Sequence record: SRR20825010_1
Length of the DNA stretch: 49,215 bases
Strand: one strand, 5' to 3'
Below, one piece after another: positions 1 to 10,104 of this stretch; position 1 is the first letter of the stretch, and each line of letters begins with the position of its first letter. Both the position numbers and the translations under genes were made by a program. Under the pieces are notes generated by a model, which did no database searches, was not told the DNA's origin, and worked only from the letters and a program-made list of their open reading frames with translations.

Positions 1-1104
1 GATCAGCATCGCGTCTCCGTAGCTGAAGAATCGGTATTCGTTCGCGATTGCTTCTTGATACGCTCGTCGGATCAATTCGTGACCGGCGAAAGCACTGACC
101 AACACCAGCAGCGAGCTTTTGGGCAAGTGGAAATTGGTCATCAAGGCATCGACCACACCAAAGCGATAAGGCGGCTTGATAAAAATATCCGTTGCGCCGG
201 TCCAGGTTGCAGCAACGCCTCGGCCGTTGGTTTCGTTGCGGTTGGCGACGCAGCTTTCCAGTACACGAACACTAGTCGTTCCGACGGCGACGCATCGACC
301 GCCACCGCTGCGACGATCATTGATTGTTTCGACCGCATCTTCGTCAATGCGGCCCCATTCTTCGTGCATTTGATGTTGGTCGATGTCATCCACTTCGATA
401 GGCCGGAACGTTCCAATGCCGACGTGCAAAGTGACCTCCGCAGATGCCGTTTGACCCTTGGCAATTTCATCGAGCAGTTGTTTGGTGAAGTGCAAACCAG
501 CGGTGGGTGCCGCGACACTGCCTGCGTCTTCGGGATTGGTGCTAGCGAAAACCGTTTGGTAGTTCGTCACATCCGCATCGACCATGTGTCCATCGCGAAT
601 GTATGGCGGAATTGGAACTCGGCCGTACTTATCCAACCATTTGCCTGGCTCGATTGCTTGGGGTGGTCCTTCGAAGGATTCGTTGGGCACTGGCTGGACG
701 AGCAAGTGACCTTGGTCGTCTCTTCCGATAACCATCAATTCGCCGCCGGCGCGGGCGTCGCGATCGTCCAGGGTGATCGTTTCACCGGTTTGGAGGGTGC
801 CGCGAGTCTTGGTCAACAATTCCCAAACGCCCGTCGCTCGATCGGATCGCAAAAACAAACCCTGCCAGCGTCCGCCGGTTTTGGTTCGTCTGCCAAACAA
901 TCGTGCCGGGACGACTCGTGAATTATTCTTGACCATCACGTCTTCGGCACGAAGCAACTGTGGCAAATCGCGAACGTGGTGATGTTCAATCTCGCCGGAC
1001 GCTCGATCGATCACCATCAGCCGAGCGTCGACTCGGTTTTGCAGAGGCTCCTGTGCGATCAGTTCGCGAGGCAGTTCGTAGTCGTAGAGGTCCAAAGATG
1101 GCAT
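1..1104 (-). CDS. queA: S-adenosylmethionine:tRNA ribosyltransferase-isomerase (3' end truncated by window edge)
   Basis: Not in ORF track because there is no stop in the window. Manual translation from ATG at 1104 gives MPSLDLYDYELPRELIAQEP...DARLMV; the end reads ALMTNFHLPKSSLLVLVSAFAG...YRFFSYGDAMLI, the canonical QueA termini, both in the same frame. Confidence 0.96.
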   Translation of the reverse strand, partial: MPSLDLYDYELPRELIAQEPLQNRVDARLMVIDRASGEIEHHHVRDLPQLLRAEDVMVKNNSRVVPARLFGRRTKTGGRWQGLFLRSDRATGVWELLTKTRGTLQTGETITLDDRDARAGGELMVIGRDDQGHLLVQPVPNESFEGPPQAIEPGKWLDKYGRVPIPPYIRDGHMVDADVTNYQTVFASTNPEDAGSVAAPTAGLHFTKQLLDEIAKGQTASAEVTLHVGIGTFRPIEVDDIDQHQMHEEWGRIDEDAVETINDRRSGGGRCVAVGTTSVRVLESCVANRNETNGRGVAATWTGATDIFIKPPYRFGVVDALMTNFHLPKSSLLVLVSAFAGHELIRRAYQEAIANEYRFFSYGDAMLI

Positions 1105-1452
1105 GCGGAAAGACGCGTACGAGCGGAGGAAAGTGTCGGAAAGAATTGATCGACCAGCATAGGGGCGTTCGGCGATCGTCGCGAGGACAGCTTGCCGGAA
1201 CACCAAATCGGTTCGCCTGTTCGGCCTCGGTGTGAGAGGCGTTTCACCCAGGTTGGGGTTACGGCATATACAGCGACTTTGCGGGCGACGTTCGCGGTGG
1301 ATGCGACAGATGAAGCTAATTTGCCGATCAAAAGGGTTGAACCGTCAAGTTTCATTCGGTGTCCACCGGTCTGCTCGCCATGGCGGAGAGCGAAAGTGAT
1401 TAGCAAACTGTTCCGCAGTCGTCGAGCTTCGTCGCATCCCGCCAGCAGGACG

Positions 1453-2931
1453 ATGCTGCTTTGTGCCGCGGTAATTGCCTTGGCTTGGAACCTCACATCA
1501 ACTCTCGTTTTCGGGCAAGACACCGCGAACGTGTTGCTGGATTTGCAATCGCAGCTTGACGCCCAAAGGGCAGAGATCGAAGAGCTGCAAAAACGCGTCG
1601 AGTTGGCGGAAAGTCCTTTAGGATTGTTTGCCGATGCCGAGAGCGACGGATGCACGCCTGGCATGATTGAGCGTGTTGCGTTGGTCGCCGAACAGCAGTC
1701 GGAAGAAAGTTGTGATGGGAGCCTGGAAGCGACGGCATTTCGAACGCTCGATTATTTCGTCGATTACGACCGCGGCTTTGTCGTTCGTCCGTTCGATCAC
1801 AAGAAGCACTCGTTCGATTTGAGGTTCAATGGTTGGACGCAGTTTCGTCACCATGGCTTTGTGACTCAAAGTGACTCGTGGACCGACAATGCCGGGATCA
1901 ACCGAATTAAATCTGACCGAAATGCGTTTGATATTGAACGTGCACGTGTGACGATGCGCGGTCACCTGATCGATCCACGGTTGTCGTATTTCGTTCAAAT
2001 CGACGGCGACACCGATGGAAGTCACATGCTCGACTTTTTTGATTACTTCTGGGCATGGAAGGCGTCGGACACCTTCCAGATTCAAATGGGCAAACGAAAG
2101 GTCTCCGCGAGCCGGCAATGGCTTCTTGGTGCTCGGCGCACGCGGTTTGCTGATCGACCAATGGCGAACGACTTCTTCCGTCCCGACCGAACGGTGGGGC
2201 TTTTCGGTATCGGAAAGTTTGCTGAGCACGGGCACTACCAAGTGATGGCTGGCAACGGATATCGAACGGCCAGCTTGCCCAATTCGGCAACCGACAACCG
2301 TTTCACGTTTGCGGCAACGAGCTACATCGATCCCGCGGGTGACTTCGGATCGCAAATTGTTGACTACGAAAAGACGCACACGGAACTTTGGCGACTCGGG
2401 CACTCGATGGTTTATTCGCCACAGGTCGGTCAGCAGTCCGGTGATCCCTACGACGAAACCAACTTTGTCCGGTTGTCCGACGGCACTCGTTTGACACAAG
2501 TCGGAGCAATCTCTCCGGGCGTGACGATTTCGGATTTCGATATCTGGTTTTACGGAGCGGATTTCGCTTGGAAGCGTCGAGGATGGAGTCTGACGAGCGA
2601 GATGTTTCTTCGCTGGATCGCGGATATGCGTGGTGACGGAACTCTCGCGAAGAACGAGGTTTTTCAACACGGTTGCTACGTCGAGGGCGGCAAGTTCTTG
2701 ATTGCCAAGCAGTTGGATGTGAACCTGAGATTTTCGCGAGTCGATGGGGACTACGGTTCGGCCAACGAGTATGCGGTGGGCATGAACTGGTATCCGTTGT
2801 CCAAGCCAAGTTTGAAGGTCACGTTCGACGTGACTCAGTTCGACGGAAGTCCGTTGCAGAACACGACCAGCGATATTCTGGTTGGAGACGAGGGAACCTT
2901 GTTCCGAACGCAGTTTCAGGCAGAATTCTGA
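1453..2931 (+). CDS. Outer-membrane porin, OprO/OprP (phosphate-selective porin)-like
   Basis: Signal peptide, short coiled coil ([19 protein letters not shown]), [12 protein letters not shown] and IQMGKRKV motifs, alternating beta strands, C-terminal FRTQFQAEF. Start moved from 1192 to ATG 1453 at the signal peptide. Confidence 0.7.
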   Translation: MLLCAAVIALAWNLTSTLVFGQDTANVLLDLQSQLDAQRAEIEELQKRVELAESPLGLFADAESDGCTPGMIERVALVAEQQSEESCDGSLEATAFRTLDYFVDYDRGFVVRPFDHKKHSFDLRFNGWTQFRHHGFVTQSDSWTDNAGINRIKSDRNAFDIERARVTMRGHLIDPRLSYFVQIDGDTDGSHMLDFFDYFWAWKASDTFQIQMGKRKVSASRQWLLGARRTRFADRPMANDFFRPDRTVGLFGIGKFAEHGHYQVMAGNGYRTASLPNSATDNRFTFAATSYIDPAGDFGSQIVDYEKTHTELWRLGHSMVYSPQVGQQSGDPYDETNFVRLSDGTRLTQVGAISPGVTISDFDIWFYGADFAWKRRGWSLTSEMFLRWIADMRGDGTLAKNEVFQHGCYVEGGKFLIAKQLDVNLRFSRVDGDYGSANEYAVGMNWYPLSKPSLKVTFDVTQFDGSPLQNTTSDILVGDEGTLFRTQFQAEF

Positions 2932-3074
2932 TACCGCGGCGGGAGGTCGCTCTGTTCCAACGCGTCGCCTCGACGAATCGCGTTGGAATCGCCATAACAG
3001 TGGCCGTTGCGAAAACCGCTGGATCATGGCGGTTCGACTCCCACCTTTCTTTCCCCATTCTTTCAGGCAACTCG

Positions 3075-4166
3075 ATGGAAGCCGGAATCGTCGGCTTGCC
3101 CAATGTCGGCAAAAGCACCCTCTTCAACGCTCTGACGTCCAGCGTCGCGGCTCAAAGTGCCAACTATCCGTTTTGCACGATCGAGCCCAACGAAGGGATC
3201 GTCAGCGTGCCCGATTCGCGATTGAATCGGATCACCGACTTCATCAAGCCCAAGAAGGTGATTCCTTCGGCGTTGAAATTGGTGGATATCGCCGGCATCG
3301 TGAAAGGTGCGGCCGAAGGTGAAGGTTTGGGCAACAAGTTTCTCAGTCACATCCGACAAGTCGACGCGATCATGCAGGTGGTGCGTTGCTTTGAGGATCC
3401 CGACGTGATTCACGTGAGCGGCCAAGTCAATCCGATCGCCGACATCGACACGATCGAAACCGAGCTGGTTTTGGCTGATATGCAAACGCTTGAAAACGCA
3501 TTGGGCAAGGCCCAACGGACCGCTCGCAGCGGCGACAAAGAAGCCAAGCTTCGCGTCGCGGCAATTGAGAAGTGCAACGCACACTTGGAAAACGAGCAAC
3601 CGTTGCGGACGTTGGAATTGCCCGAGGCCGAGCAGGTCGCGATCAGCAGTTATGGCTTGATGACCGCGAAACCAATCCTGTACATCGCCAATGTTGACGA
3701 AAACGACCTCAACGGCGAGCACGAATTGGTTGACAAAGTTCGCGAGCATGCGGCGAAGACCGGAGCTTCGGTGGCCTGCGTTTGTGCGAAGCTCGAATCA
3801 GAAATCGCCGAACTGGACGAAGAAGATCAAGCAGAAATGCTGGCGGACGTGGGCTTGGAAGAACCATCGCTGAACATCATCGCTCGCGAAGCCTACCGAA
3901 CACTTGGTTTGCAAAGCTTCTTCACAGCCGGCGAAACAGAGGTTCGTGCGTGGCCGGTTCGAATCGGAGCGACTGCTCCCCAAGCCGCCGGGGTGATTCA
4001 CAGCGATTTCGAGCGTGGTTTCATCCGCGCCGAAATCTACCAGTTGCCGGAGCTGGAAGAATACAAAACAGAGAAAGACATTCGACAAGCCGGTAAACTT
4101 CGTGTGGAAGGAAAGTCGTACGTGATGCAAGACGGTGACATCTGTCACTTCTTGTTCAACGTTTGA
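3075..4166 (+). CDS. ychf: Redox-regulated ATPase YchF (Obg family)
   Basis: [67 protein letters not shown]. True start is ATG 3075, not 2673. Confidence 0.97.
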   Translation: MEAGIVGLPNVGKSTLFNALTSSVAAQSANYPFCTIEPNEGIVSVPDSRLNRITDFIKPKKVIPSALKLVDIAGIVKGAAEGEGLGNKFLSHIRQVDAIMQVVRCFEDPDVIHVSGQVNPIADIDTIETELVLADMQTLENALGKAQRTARSGDKEAKLRVAAIEKCNAHLENEQPLRTLELPEAEQVAISSYGLMTAKPILYIANVDENDLNGEHELVDKVREHAAKTGASVACVCAKLESEIAELDEEDQAEMLADVGLEEPSLNIIAREAYRTLGLQSFFTAGETEVRAWPVRIGATAPQAAGVIHSDFERGFIRAEIYQLPELEEYKTEKDIRQAGKLRVEGKSYVMQDGDICHFLFNV

Positions 4167-4280
4167 TCGTCATTCCGGCATGCATTTGATCTTCGGTTTG
4201 ATATTCAGGCACCGATTCGTTTTGGTGCTCATTTGCTGATAGCCCATGCTCCCACCGCCATCCCTCCTACTGACGGTTCT

Positions 4281-4862
4281 ATGAACAAAATGTTGATTCC
4301 AATTCTCTTCGCTATCGGCACAGCGTTGTTTTGGGGCTGCTATGGCCCGACCATCGGCAACGCTCAGGCGCCCCGCGTCAACGGTGCACCGTTGTGGTCG
4401 CCGTTCAAACCTTACGTCTTCATTGGGATTGCTTACCTGGTGATCGCGATTCTTGGTGGTTTGGCCATGATGGGCGTCAAAGGAGACTCGTTCAATTTTT
4501 CGGGCGAGCACTTTGCAACCGTCAAATGGGGTTTCTTGGCTGGTTGTTTGGGGGCCTTTGGGGCACTCTGTTTGACCACCGCAATGATGACCAGCAAAGG
4601 CAACGCGTTGTTGGTCATGCCGATCGTCTTTGGCGGTGCGGTGTCGGTGACAGCCCTGGTTTCCGTTCTTCGGCTGGGTGGGCATGTGCAAATCAGCCCT
4701 GTGCTTTGGGTTGGTATGGCGCTGACCGTCGTTGGCGTTGTGATCGTGGCGATGAACACGCCTCACGGTCATGCACCGACGAAGCCTGCGACCGATGCCA
4801 CTGAATCAGCCGAACCGCATGCCGCGGTACCGGTCGAAACCGAAGACACGCAAGCGTCCTGA
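4281..4862 (+). CDS. Small multi-pass membrane protein, DMT/EamA-like
   Basis: About five hydrophobic helices with FWGxYG and GxLGAFG patterns; polar His/acidic tail. Start placed at ATG 4281 (uncertain). Confidence 0.6.
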   Translation: MNKMLIPILFAIGTALFWGCYGPTIGNAQAPRVNGAPLWSPFKPYVFIGIAYLVIAILGGLAMMGVKGDSFNFSGEHFATVKWGFLAGCLGAFGALCLTTAMMTSKGNALLVMPIVFGGAVSVTALVSVLRLGGHVQISPVLWVGMALTVVGVVIVAMNTPHGHAPTKPATDATESAEPHAAVPVETEDTQAS

Positions 4863-4888
4863 TTAACAGAACGAACCAACACAGCGAA

Positions 4889-5248
4889 ATGACTTCTCCT
4901 AGTGATCCACTCACGGTTATTCGAGCCATCGATGCGGAGCTGACTCACGTTTGGATGGTCCGCACGTTCCTCAAGCATGCCGATGAATCGGAAGAGGATG
5001 AGGATTTGCGGGAAGTCGTTCGAGACTTGTACGACTTCATTTTGGCTGTTGGGCCGGTGACGGACGAAACCGACACGGCCGTTTACATGAAAATGGCCAA
5101 GAAGAAATTGCGGCGGCTCCGAGGAGCCACGGAGTTGTACGAGGCGATCCAACCGGAAGTCAGCGGGCACACCAATTTCGCGATGGCGGCGAAGTCGTTG
5201 CGTTTGGCGGTCAATCGGATCATTGCTTTGGTTCAACCGCCGCAATAA
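4889..5248 (+). CDS. Conserved-looking small helical hypothetical protein
   Basis: 119 aa with a natural amphipathic helical pattern (HVWMVRTFLKH...VSGHTNF), 26 nt after the previous gene; function not assignable. Confidence 0.7.
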   Translation: MTSPSDPLTVIRAIDAELTHVWMVRTFLKHADESEEDEDLREVVRDLYDFILAVGPVTDETDTAVYMKMAKKKLRRLRGATELYEAIQPEVSGHTNFAMAAKSLRLAVNRIIALVQPPQ

Positions 5249-5505
5249 TTCGCCTGTCTTTCCTAGAGTCCGAGGCAGCGGAACCGGTCAGATGGTCCTG
5301 CGGCACTCCCCATCGTCGGCCCGTTAAACGGCCGACGCGACCTCAGAATGGTGAGATCCCTCCGACCCGCCAAGAAACCCCGTCAAATCGGCGGGAAAGG
5401 GGGCGGACGCACACTCGGGGGACTGGAAGAAAATGGATTCGACAGCGATAACAGGACACCACGTCGAAGGTATCCCATTTTTTCCGCGACTCCCATTGTG
5501 CATTG

Positions 5506-6672
5506 ATGAGCTCACCTGCCAAAGCTGCCAAACTCGCTCTTGAAGACGGCACCGTCTACACCGGAACCAGCCTCGGAGCAGAAGGCGAAACGACCGGCGA
5601 AGTCGTCTTCAACACCTCGATGACTGGGTACCAGGAAATCCTGACTGACCCCAGCTATCGCGGTCAATTGGTGACGATGACTTATCCCGAAATGGGCAAT
5701 TACGGGATCAACTCAATCGACCTCGAAAATCGCGGCACTTCGCTGGCTGGATTCATCATCCGCAACGAGAGTCGCATGCACAGCAACTACCGATCGGAAG
5801 GTTCGCTGAGCGACTATCTGAATTCGCAAGGTGTTGTTGGAATCGCCGGCATCGACACGCGTGCCCTCGTGCGACGAATCCGCAGCGAAGGTGCCATGCG
5901 AGGCGTTCTGTCGACGACCGATTTGGATGACGCATCTTTGGTGGCCAAAGCCAAAGCTTCGCCGGGTTTGGTCGGGCGTGATTTGGTACAGGAAGTCATG
6001 CCGACTCAGTTGGAAAAGTGGACCAACGAACTGGATGACTGGACCATCCGAGAAATTCGCGAAGCAGCCAAAGATGCGTCAATCGGCGACGATAGCCGAC
6101 CGCACGTCGTCTGCATGGACTTCGGCATGAAGTGGAACATCCCGCGGCACCTGCGTTCACGCGGCAACCGAGTCACGATCGTTCCTGGAAATACATCCGC
6201 CGATGACATCTTGAAGATGGATCCCGACGGTGTGTTCTTGTCCAATGGACCCGGCGACCCCGAACCATTGACCTACGCTCACAAAGCGATTGGTGAATTG
6301 CTCGGCCAAGTCCCCGTGTTTGGAATTTGTCTCGGTCACCAACTGCTGTCCGTCGCCTGCGGTGCCAAAACCTTCAAACTGAAATTTGGTCACCGTGGAG
6401 CCAACCAACCCGTTCTCGATTTGGAAACGGGTAAGGTTGAAATCACCAGCCAAAACCACGGCTTCGCGGTCGATGATCAAGGCTTGCCAGATTGCTTGGA
6501 AGTCACGCACCGCAATTTGAACGATGACACGATCGCAGGTGTTCGTCACAAAGACACCGGAGCGTTTGCTGTTCAATATCACCCCGAAGCTGCGGCCGGT
6601 CCTCACGACAGCCACTACTTGTTCTCACGATTCCAGGAACAACTGAACGAGAAGTGCGGGGTGACCGCATGA
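5506..6672 (+). CDS. carA: Carbamoyl-phosphate synthase small subunit
   Basis: LALEDGT, GEVVFNTSMTGYQEILTDPSY, LSNGPGDP, GICLGHQL (catalytic Cys), QYHPEA. Confidence 0.97.
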   Translation: MSSPAKAAKLALEDGTVYTGTSLGAEGETTGEVVFNTSMTGYQEILTDPSYRGQLVTMTYPEMGNYGINSIDLENRGTSLAGFIIRNESRMHSNYRSEGSLSDYLNSQGVVGIAGIDTRALVRRIRSEGAMRGVLSTTDLDDASLVAKAKASPGLVGRDLVQEVMPTQLEKWTNELDDWTIREIREAAKDASIGDDSRPHVVCMDFGMKWNIPRHLRSRGNRVTIVPGNTSADDILKMDPDGVFLSNGPGDPEPLTYAHKAIGELLGQVPVFGICLGHQLLSVACGAKTFKLKFGHRGANQPVLDLETGKVEITSQNHGFAVDDQGLPDCLEVTHRNLNDDTIAGVRHKDTGAFAVQYHPEAAAGPHDSHYLFSRFQEQLNEKCGVTA

Positions 6673-8174
6673 GCAAAGCCCCCAGGACAGCCATCAGCCC
6701 AACTCGCGAAGAGAATTATCCCGAGTGGTATCAACAAGTCATTCGGGCAGCCGACCTCGCTGAGAACTCGCCAGTTCGCGGTTGCATGGTGATCAAACCG
6801 TGGGGCTATCAGCTTTGGGAAAACGTCCAGCGTGCTTTGGATGACATGTTCAAGGCAACCGGCCACCAAAACGCTTACTTCCCCTTGTTCATCCCGATGA
6901 GCTTCCTCGAAAAGGAAGCGGAACACGTCGAGGGATTTGCGAAAGAGTGCGCGGTCGTCACTCACCACCGTCTTGAACCAGATCCCGATGGTGGGTTGCG
7001 GCCTGCGGGCAAGCTCGAAGAACCGTTGATCGTTCGACCAACCAGCGAAACGATCATCGGTGCAACGTACGCGAAGTGGGTTCAGAGTTACCGTGATTTG
7101 CCAATTCTGATCAACCAATGGGCCAACGTTGTGCGTTGGGAAATGCGGACGCGAATGTTTTTGCGCACCGCGGAATTTCTTTGGCAGGAAGGCCACACCG
7201 TCCACGCGACTTCGGAAGAAGCGGTCGAAGAAACCGAGAAGATGGTCGAGGTCTACCGCGACTTTGCTGAGAACTGGATGGCGATGCCAGTCATCGTCGG
7301 TAGCAAGACTCCGCTGGAACGTTTCCCCGGCGCCGTCGAGACGTTGTCGATCGAAGCCATGATGCAAGATCGCAAGGCCTTGCAAGCGGGGACGAGCCAC
7401 TTCCTGGGGCAGAACTTTTCAAAAGCGCAGGAAATCAAATTTCAAAGTGAGTCCGGCGACATCGAGTTTGCTTGGACAACCTCTTGGGGCGTCAGCACTC
7501 GTTTGATCGGTGCTTTGATCATGACGCACAGCGACGATGATGGGTTGGTTTTGCCACCGCGTTTGGCACCAACGCATGTCGTCATTCAACCAATCTACAA
7601 AGACGATTCGCGAGCCGAGGTGATGGAATACGTTCAATCACTCCGCGACGAATTGGCGGCTCAAACCTACGCGAATGCACCTGTCCGGGTAACCATCGAC
7701 GACCGCGACATTCGCGGCGGCGAAAAGAAGTGGTACCACGTCAAACGAGGTGTGCCGATTCGATTGGAAGTTGGACCGAAGGACATCGCCGCAGGCACGG
7801 TTTTCTGCGGCATTCGCAACCAACCCAAAAGTGTCGGCATCGACCGAGCGGAATTGGTCGCAACGATCGGCGAGAAACTGGCAACGTTGCAGCAGGAGTT
7901 GTTCGACGCCGCGTTGAAGATGCGGGAAGACAACACAGTCGAGCTCACATCCGAAGCTGAGTTTCGCGACTTCTTCGCTGACAAAGGCGACACCGCAATC
8001 ACCGGCGGGTTCGCTTGGTGTCACTACTGCGATGAAGACTCTTTGCAGCCGTTGTTGAAAGAGTTGAAGGTGACGATACGTTGCGTTCCGCGATCGGACA
8101 ACGCGACCGAAGGCACCTGCTTCTTGACCGGCAAACCCGCAGCTCAACAAGCCATTTTCGCGAAAGCGTATTGA
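6669..8174 (+). CDS. proS: Proline--tRNA ligase, archaeal/eukaryotic-like (family II) type
   Basis: EKEAEHVEGFAKE, VRPTSET, FLRTAEFLWQEGHT, ALQAGTSHFLGQNF, SWGVSTRLIGA, C-terminal FAKAY; no editing insertion. ATGA overlap with the carA stop. Confidence 0.96.
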   Translation: MSKAPRTAISPTREENYPEWYQQVIRAADLAENSPVRGCMVIKPWGYQLWENVQRALDDMFKATGHQNAYFPLFIPMSFLEKEAEHVEGFAKECAVVTHHRLEPDPDGGLRPAGKLEEPLIVRPTSETIIGATYAKWVQSYRDLPILINQWANVVRWEMRTRMFLRTAEFLWQEGHTVHATSEEAVEETEKMVEVYRDFAENWMAMPVIVGSKTPLERFPGAVETLSIEAMMQDRKALQAGTSHFLGQNFSKAQEIKFQSESGDIEFAWTTSWGVSTRLIGALIMTHSDDDGLVLPPRLAPTHVVIQPIYKDDSRAEVMEYVQSLRDELAAQTYANAPVRVTIDDRDIRGGEKKWYHVKRGVPIRLEVGPKDIAAGTVFCGIRNQPKSVGIDRAELVATIGEKLATLQQELFDAALKMREDNTVELTSEAEFRDFFADKGDTAITGGFAWCHYCDEDSLQPLLKELKVTIRCVPRSDNATEGTCFLTGKPAAQQAIFAKAY

Positions 8175-8199
8175 CGCTCTCGCGATGACGCGTTGATTG

Positions 8200-10011
8200 T
8201 CAATCTGGTAGAGCTGATTCGGCGATCGCATTGCGTTTTCGCCGACGCATCAGCCATTCAAACGTCATCCATGCCAATCCGCAAAGTGTGGCCGCGCCCA
8301 TCAAGCCGGCCGGCCAAGATCCTATGCGTACATACAGGCTGATTCGCGAGTCTCGCCTCGGCTGGGCATAGATCACATCGCTTTGTCCTTTTGCCAATCG
8401 CTCGACGACTCGACCGGCTGAATCAATCCACACGGTTGGGCCACCGTTGGCGGCGGACAAAATCGGACGCCGACATCCAACCGCAACCAATTGTGCGCAC
8501 CGCAAATGGTGATCCACGACCGCGGAATCATGGAACCAAACGTCGTTGGTCAACGTCACGATTGCGTCAGGCAGTTTTGGGTTGGCTCGTGAATTCAGTT
8601 GGTGCATGTGATTGACAGGAATTCGTTCCACCGCCGTTTCGATGCACAAGTTTGGCATCAATGAAATCCCGTCCAAGTCAAAGCGTTCCGGCTGGGTTCC
8701 TCGATCCAATCCAAGTCCCGGAGGGACAATGTCGCGGATCCAGGGCAAGCTGTGCACCAACGGGATGGTTTCTCCGAACAGGACGAGGTGATTCTTCGAG
8801 TAGGTGCCGGACATGTTTCCGGTCGCATCCACCCAAAACACGCCGCTGTATTGGCTGGGGCGATCCGCGTACTGGACCAATCCACAGCCGCCGATGATTG
8901 CCGGTGGGGCCTCGGTTGGCACGGTGGAACCGGCCCTCATCGCTCGCTGGATGCTGTTCGCGCGATCCAAGAAGTCGTTCTGTTTGCTTTCCACTGCGAA
9001 ACGAAGTTGTTCAGGCTGCAACGGCGCGGCTGCTGGGTTCTGCATGAAGTCAGGAACCACCAGATCGGCGCCGGTCGTCATCCAAGGCAATCCGCCCGAG
9101 AACATCGACTCCGGCCAAACAACTGCATCGATTCGTGTTTTCGATTTAGCGACCGCATCGATTGCCATTTGACCGTATGTCGCAAAGATCTCCTGTTCAC
9201 GCACGATGTCTTGTTCGTAGACCGTCAGTTCGTTGCCTCCCAAAAGTGCGATCGTTTTGCCGGTCGGTTCCGTCTCGGCATTCATCGACATTGCTCCGTA
9301 GGCCATCGTGGCAATCAGTAAACCGCCTGCGGTCACCAATGACTTCATCGGGGAGTCAGAGACACTTGATGTCCGTTGAACGACCCATCGATTCAGTGCG
9401 TCGAACATCGCAACGTTGACGCAGACGATCACGAAGCTGACCGCATAGGTTCCGCCCAAGTCTGCGATTTGGATGAGTATTGGCATATCAGCCAGTGCGT
9501 GGCCGAGCATCAACACCGAGATCCCGGTGAAGAAGTAGTTCCGAATCCACTCCAAGCCAACCCAAACGACGGCGGCGACAAGGCAAAGCGGTACTCGATC
9601 TCGCCGTGCTTGAGAGACATCACGGTTGTCAGTCAATCGCAGGCGCCGGAGCAACGCGACAAAGAGAACGGGATAGATTGCCAAGTAGCCTGACAATGCA
9701 ATCCAAGGCAAAAACATCAACGGGTGTGCGTGGCGGAGACCTTGCAGGCTGAGCAACCAATATGCGAGCGAAGCGGCGTACAGGGGCCGCTTCCAAGAAG
9801 AGCTTGGCGAGACTTCCGCGATCGCCAGCAGCGGAACCAGTGCGATGAACACCAACGGACCGATCGCGAATGGAGGTCCCGAGAGCCAAAGCACCACCGC
9901 GAATGCGGACGATGTCGCAAAAAGCCACCTCATGGAGGCGGGGTCGAGCGATGGTTGCTTGGTGGCGACTTCCGACGCAGGAAGGTCGGTGGCGGTTGTG
10001 TTTTCGCTCAA
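8200..10011 (-). CDS. lnt: Apolipoprotein N-acyltransferase
   Basis: N-terminal TM helices (WVGLEWIR, QIADLGGTYAVSF) plus nitrilase-fold triad E (VWPES), K (YSKNHLVLFGE), C (LCIE), and TNDVWF. Confidence 0.92.
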   Translation of the reverse strand: MSENTTATDLPASEVATKQPSLDPASMRWLFATSSAFAVVLWLSGPPFAIGPLVFIALVPLLAIAEVSPSSSWKRPLYAASLAYWLLSLQGLRHAHPLMFLPWIALSGYLAIYPVLFVALLRRLRLTDNRDVSQARRDRVPLCLVAAVVWVGLEWIRNYFFTGISVLMLGHALADMPILIQIADLGGTYAVSFVIVCVNVAMFDALNRWVVQRTSSVSDSPMKSLVTAGGLLIATMAYGAMSMNAETEPTGKTIALLGGNELTVYEQDIVREQEIFATYGQMAIDAVAKSKTRIDAVVWPESMFSGGLPWMTTGADLVVPDFMQNPAAAPLQPEQLRFAVESKQNDFLDRANSIQRAMRAGSTVPTEAPPAIIGGCGLVQYADRPSQYSGVFWVDATGNMSGTYSKNHLVLFGETIPLVHSLPWIRDIVPPGLGLDRGTQPERFDLDGISLMPNLCIETAVERIPVNHMHQLNSRANPKLPDAIVTLTNDVWFHDSAVVDHHLRCAQLVAVGCRRPILSAANGGPTVWIDSAGRVVERLAKGQSDVIYAQPRRDSRISLYVRIGSWPAGLMGAATLCGLAWMTFEWLMRRRKRNAIAESALPD

Positions 10012-10104
10012 CGGAGGGGCTCACGTTCGCGGGATGATTGATATCCCCGTGAAATACCAGCCCAACCGCGGGCCGGCAACCCGTTTCACATTTCCCGACG
10101 CGTG

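Noticed and set aside
55-921. 288-aa plus-strand ORF
   Set aside because: Antisense shadow of queA, which occupies 1-1104 on the minus strand.
3027-3047. GGTTCGACTCCC resembling a tRNA T-loop
   Set aside because: Only 2 bp of T-stem form and no acceptor, D or anticodon arms can be built.
2673-3074. N-terminal extension of YchF in the ORF track (similar extensions for the porin, lepB, sialidase and cytochrome c)
   Set aside because: Upstream in-frame alternative starts; family homology or signal peptides begin at later ATGs.
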